A stretch of DNA of 64,000 nt, from the NCBI GenBank assembly GCA_964016885.1, contig OZ024748.1, positions 31,434,001 to 31,498,000 on the forward strand, written 5' to 3'. Shown here in pieces: positions 57,671-64,000 of this stretch. The translations under genes and the position numbers were made by a program. The DNA comes from Eledone cirrhosa. Its lineage: Eukaryota. Numbering within the stretch: position 1 is the first letter of the stretch; each line of letters opens with the position of its first letter. The notes below the pieces were generated by a model. That model was given only the letters and a program-made list of their open reading frames with translations. It ran no database searches and was not told the DNA's origin.

Positions 57671-59936
57671 ATGGAAAAACAATACTTGGGAACTTCTTTA
57701 AAGAATATACCAATACCTTCTAAGGATGACTTCTTACTCCTTATGATACAGAAAACTAACCAATTTATCAGAAGAGTTAGATGGAGGGCCTACCACTTCG
57801 ATAAAAAATCTAAATATACAGATAGGAAATATATGTATGATTTCACTACTTACAAGAATCCACCACACAACTCTCTACTTGAAGACTTTGAGAAAGACCT
57901 TTTTAATTTAATTAAACACCTCAAATTTAAGAAGTATAAATCTATCTTTCAAAAAGACCTTGATTCTACCCTATTGGACCTAAAAAAGTCTTAAAAAATC
58001 CATGTCCACTCGGACAAAACTGGAACCTTATATCACATGGATATTGAAAATTATAATGAGTTCATATATAAAGAACTCAGGAAAAATTATAGAAAAACTA
58101 ATAATGCGTCACTCACCAACATCAACAACAAAACACACAACATAGTGAATAAACTAAATATTGAAGATAGAACTGAACCTTTGGCATTGAAAAGACCACA
58201 CTTCAACCTGAAAGATCATAAATCAAACTTTAACTCAAATCCTTCTATAAGACTTATATGTCCCTCCAAATCTGATATTGGAATAATTAGCAAAAAAATT
58301 TTGGATAGAGTCATCCCACAAATAAGAAAACATGTTAATTTACCACTCTGGGAAAACACTTCCCAGGTAATTAACTAGTTTAAAAATATTAGATGTAAAT
58401 CTTCTGCTTCATTTCTACAATTTGATATAGATAATTACTATTCTTCTATATCACCTATACTCCTGAACAAAGCTTTGATATTTGCTAAAAATAGATCTAA
58501 CTTAACTTTGGATGACACATGCTAGACTAACACTTATTGAATTTCAGAATGAATACTGGACCAGAAACACATATAGTAATCTATTTGATATTACTATGGG
58601 TTCAAGCGATTCTGCCCAAATTACTGATCTTGTGGGCCTCTTTCTTCTTTTTAACATAAATGCTTCCTTTCCCCACCTTAAAGGTGGTTTATATCGTGAT
58701 AACTGTCTTCTTCTTTCCAACCACCTTAGCCTCTCAGAAATAGAAAAAAACAAAAAGCTTATTAGAACTTTCCTTAAAGACTATTATAGTCTTCATATTA
58801 CTTTTGAAAACACAAGTAAAGTAGTTAATTTCCTAGATATAACTTTAGACTTAGCTACGGGTATCTACCAACCTTACCATAAACCCAACCAAAACTTACA
58901 CTACATACACTCACAATCTAATCACCCTAAATCTATCCTTAAAAACCTTGCATATAATATATCACTTAGAATTTCTAACCTTTCGTCTAACCAAGATGTA
59001 TTTGATAAAAATGCGACCTTCTATAACGAAGCTCTAGATAGAAGTGGCCACAAAAATAGATTGGAATATATACCTTCTACTAATAACACTATAAACATAC
59101 AACCTAACATTACCAACAAACACCAAATGAAAAGTACACACCTAAATGCCACTCACACTATACCCCAAAATACCAACATAAAACCAAATTTCTCTAACTC
59201 CTCTAATATAAAGTATAGTAACTCTCAAAAAACTACTCATCATACAACTCTAATAAATGTTAATAATAAAACTCCTAATAAACAAGCTAAAACACCTAAA
59301 TCAATAAATCTAACTAAAAATGTGTGTGGTGAGGTCATTAACATTAATCCTCCTAGTAAACATCACGATGCATCCTATAAAAACAATAAACAACATAGAA
59401 ACCGTAATAGACGAGTTACTTGGTATAATGCTCCATTTAATTTACAAATTAAGGATAATATTGCTAAAAAAATTTTTAATATCCTAGAGAAAAACTTCCC
59501 GCCAAACCACAAATACCATCAAATCTTAAATAGATCAACAGTTAAATTCTCATACTCAACAAACAAAAACATAAAACAAAATATAAGTGCCTATAATGCA
59601 TATAAATGTAAAAAAAACCATAAGTATACCACCAATACATCAAACTAACCATAATATCTCCTCAAATACAGAATTAACGAAAGGTTGTAACTGTAGAAAC
59701 AAAGCAAACTGCCCATTAAAAGGAAATTGTCTTGTTAACAACATAGTTTATAAATGTAAAGTTAAAACTAAAGATTCTATTTGCTCATATATAGGAGCTA
59801 CTTCTAACAATTTTAAGGTAAGGTTTAATACCCACAAACATAGTTTTAAAAATGCCGCACTGGCTAATACAACATCTCTAGCAGAAAAAATTAATAGTTA
59901 TAGAAATAAGAATATAGAATATGATATGACCTGGAG
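57671..59936 (+). pseudogene. Reverse transcriptase + GIY-YIG endonuclease pseudogene of a Naiad-type Penelope-like element
   Basis: Motifs are SLKNIPIPS..FIRRVRWRA, SDKT, KDHK..P.IRLI.PSKSDIG.ISK.ILD, FLQFDIDNYYSSI, FDITMGS.D.A...DLVGL, GLYRDN (YRDD mutated), [34 protein letters not shown] and [14 protein letters not shown]. There are in-frame stops TAA (57992) and TAG (58376), frameshifts at ~58515 and ~59610, and the C-terminus is lost at a microsatellite. Confidence 0.95.
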
Positions 59937-59998
59937 TGTGTGTATATGTATGTGTGTGTGTATATATATATGTGTGTATATATATGTGTGTATATATG

Positions 59999-60045
<47 letters not shown>

Positions 60046-60101
60046 ATGTATGTGTGTATGTGTGTGTACATATATGTATATATGTGTGTTGTGCGTATGT
60101 G

Positions 60102-60197
<96 letters not shown>

Positions 60198-60588
60198 TGT
60201 ATTTATATGTATGAGTATATGTTTTACTTGGTTTTATGTATATGCATACAAACAGGTTAATATGCGTGAGGTTAAGTATGTGTATGTGTGTGTGTGTACG
60301 TATGTATGTATCGAACGTATGGATGTGTAAATGTGCGTATGTATATAAGCATGTATATTTTATGTCTCTCTTTTATGTTTTTTTATGTTTTTATTATATT
60401 TCTTTCATTATATTTCTTTTTATTTCTAAATTTATAGATACATTTTTATAAATATGCTGAGTCTGACACCCTCCTTAATTACTTACTCCCTTACCTCCTT
60501 TTAATTCTGCATCTAGATCTAAGTGTGTGTGGCCGTGTTTATGTGTGCGCCTCAATATCCATATAGTTATAATAATAATATATACGTA

Positions 60589-60621
<33 letters not shown>

Positions 60622-60977
60622 GTGTGTGTCGTAGGTATGTGTGTGTTTATGTATATATGCGTGTGTGTGTATGAATGTATGTATATGTGTGTATATATGT
60701 GTGTATATATATATTTATATGTATGTATATTTTGTCTGTGGATTATAGACATACAGAGACATTAGCCCTGAATTTTTATATTTACATACACTTTTTCGAC
60801 ATGCGTATGCATGTGAACATACATTTTTATGCATATCTGTGAACGAAGTTACTTGCATATATACACACACCTAACTGTATTTTCTTGATGAACTTTTATG
60901 TATTTCATTGGTCTATTTAAAATCTGTTCCCAAACAGACCTGTAATTTTGAATTGTTGTTATTATCAATAAATATAC

Positions 60978-61101
60978 TTCATTATTTCTGAAGACAGCAT
61001 ATATATGTGATGGTATGTATATTCTCTTTGATAGTTTGTATAATTTTGTACATAGATCTTTTGAATATGCATGCCAATTCTAACGATCGTTAAATAATGA
61101 A
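60978..61101 (+). ncRNA. Inactivated family D hammerhead (19-bp deletion removes GAAA)
   Basis: ctaacgatcg replaces ctaacacatatatgtcctagaaacgatcg; the deletion lies between aac microhomologies. Confidence 0.8.
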
Positions 61102-61152
61102 CTTTTTTTGTTTAATATAAGGAACTGTTTCATTGTTTTATTCATTATTTTT

Positions 61153-62154
<1,002 letters not shown>

Positions 62155-62155
<1 letters not shown>

Positions 62156-63434
62156 TTATATTATATTAAGAGTTATAAACTCAAACAGTTCTTTACAATT
62201 AATTAGCTCAAAGAAAGAAGCATTTCTGAGGCGTGATATACAAGTTAATATAAAATTAATATATGATAAACACAAAAGTGTTTGTATTGTAAACGACGAA
62301 GTCAGCTAGAATGAAATAAACTAATTCAAATAAATATAGTTTGCCTGTCTCGATTTAAAATAATAAATCAATAAAAACAAACCCATATTGGCAAATAGCC
62401 GTGGTACCTGGACAAATTTAAATTTCAAAATCCAAACCTGTTCCGTAGAAAAATCCTAATTTCAAAATCCAAATAAGTTTCGCAACGGTAGTATAAAAAA
62501 TGAAATATACCAATTTTCTGTGCTTATCAACGTATACCCAGAAAAATTAGAATGTTTCACCTCTAAAAAATTTTGGAGGTCTGGTTACTAGCGCAACCGC
62601 ACGAGGTTTTTGCACGAGGTTTTTCCAGCTCACTAGCTATCCCATATTCATGGGGCTAGAAATAACAGCCGTTTATATGGGATTAAAAATTAGCTCAACA
62701 GAAGGAGCAGTAATATTATATTATATTTAGAGTTATAAACTCAAACAGTCCTTTACAATTAATTAGCTCAAAGAAAGAAGCATTTCTGAGGCGTGAAATA
62801 CAAGTTAATATAAAATTAATATATGATAAACACAAAAGTGTTTGTATTGTATACGACGAAGTTAGCTAGAATGAAATAAACTAATTCAAATAAATATAGT
62901 TTGCCTGTCTCGATTTAAAATAATAAATCAATAAAAACAAACCCATATTGGCAAATAGCCGTGGTACCTGGACAAATTTAAATTTCAAAATCCAAACCTG
63001 TGCCAATATGGGTTTGTTTTTATTGAATATGGGATTGCTAGTGAGCTGCAAAATCCTCGTGCAAAAACCTCGTGCGTTTGCGCTAGTTAACCAGACCACC
63101 AACATTTTTTAGAGGTGAAACATTCTAATTTTTCTGGGTACCTGTTGATAAGCACAGAAAATTTGTATATTTCATTTTTTATACTACCGTTGCGAAACTT
63201 AATTGGATTTTGAAATTAGGATTTTTCTACGGAACAGGTTTGGATTTTGAAATTTAAATTTGTCCAGGTACCACGGCTATTTGCCAATATGGGTTTGTTT
63301 TTATTGATTTATTATTTTAAATCGAGACAGGCAAACTATATTTATTTGAATTAGTTTATTTCATTCTAGCTAACTTTGTCGTTTACAATACAAACACTTT
63401 TGTGTTTATCATATATTAATTTTATATTAACTTG

Positions 63435-63437
<3 letters not shown>
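62155..63437. mobile_element. Partial tandem plus inverted copies of repeat family F (pLTR-like arrangement)
   Basis: 62155-62700 and 62712-63001 are direct copies, and ~63020-63437 is the reverse complement of ~62236-62650. Both ends are in (TA)n. Confidence 0.7.
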
Positions 63438-63484
<47 letters not shown>

Positions 63485-63850
63485 TATGTATTTATATATA
63501 TATATATATGTATTTATATATATATATATGTATTTATATATATATATGTATTTATATATATATATGTATTTATATATATATATATATGTATTTATATATG
63601 TATATATATATATGTATATGTATATATATGTATAAATATATATATATATATATATGTATTCAGGTTTGAGGTTCACCACTGTATAGAGCTGGTCTATTCC
63701 GTATGGTCAATCGTAATGCAATAATATAGAGAGTACTCAACGTAAAGCAGTTCAACCGTCTTTGTTTTTGTAGTTGGTGGTGCTATTACGTTAAATATTA
63801 TAATGAAATGACAGGAGGCTGGATTTGTGTAAATCCTTGAAAGGTTTATT

Positions 63851-63908
63851 ATACTATGATCATTTCAATGACCGGGTTCCGTATGAATCCGGTGATATCA
63901 TCAGGTAT
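63851..63908 (-). ncRNA. Type I hammerhead ribozyme, family E
   Basis: The reverse complement reads atac CTGATGA tatcaccggattc atacg gaacccggtcatt GAAA tgatca TA^ gtat aataaa. The core is canonical, stem I is 4 bp, stem III is palindromic, and AATAAA follows immediately 3'. Confidence 0.85.
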
Positions 63909-64000
63909 TCGAAATATAATACGTGAATGTAATAGGTAAAATCCATGGGGCTGAAAATCGAGACCCGAGGGCGACCGCTATTCTGTTCCTTCAACCTCAG

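Noticed and set aside
57992-58378. Selenocysteine recoding of the Naiad ORF (known for some Naiads)
   Set aside because: The in-frame stops are TAA and TAG, not TGA. The TAG sits at an expected Trp, and no SECIS was seen.

Overview
Eukaryotic, gene-free repeat DNA, most likely from an octopus (inferred from a tRNA-derived SINE at ~52.8-53.0 kb). Bases 1-46141 are a head-to-tail tandem array of a ~416-bp monomer (~110 copies, running off the left edge). Each monomer carries, on the minus strand, a minimal type I hammerhead ribozyme (HHR) motif (CUGAAGA-A-GGGC UUAU GCCC-GAAA-CG-UC) followed by AATAAA, so the array looks like a ribozyme satellite, retrozyme or Penelope pseudo-LTR (pLTR) array. 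It has higher-order duplications and ends abruptly in a (TA)n microsatellite. Bases 46141-64000 are (TA)n-rich and packed with Penelope-like element (PLE) remains. These include a decayed Naiad-type RT + GIY-YIG element (57.7-59.9 kb), a second GIY-YIG fragment (52.4-52.7 kb), at least four more unrelated type I HHR families (mostly as inverted pairs) and many fold-back palindromes. All structures were folded by eye; ribozyme activity and transcription are untested.
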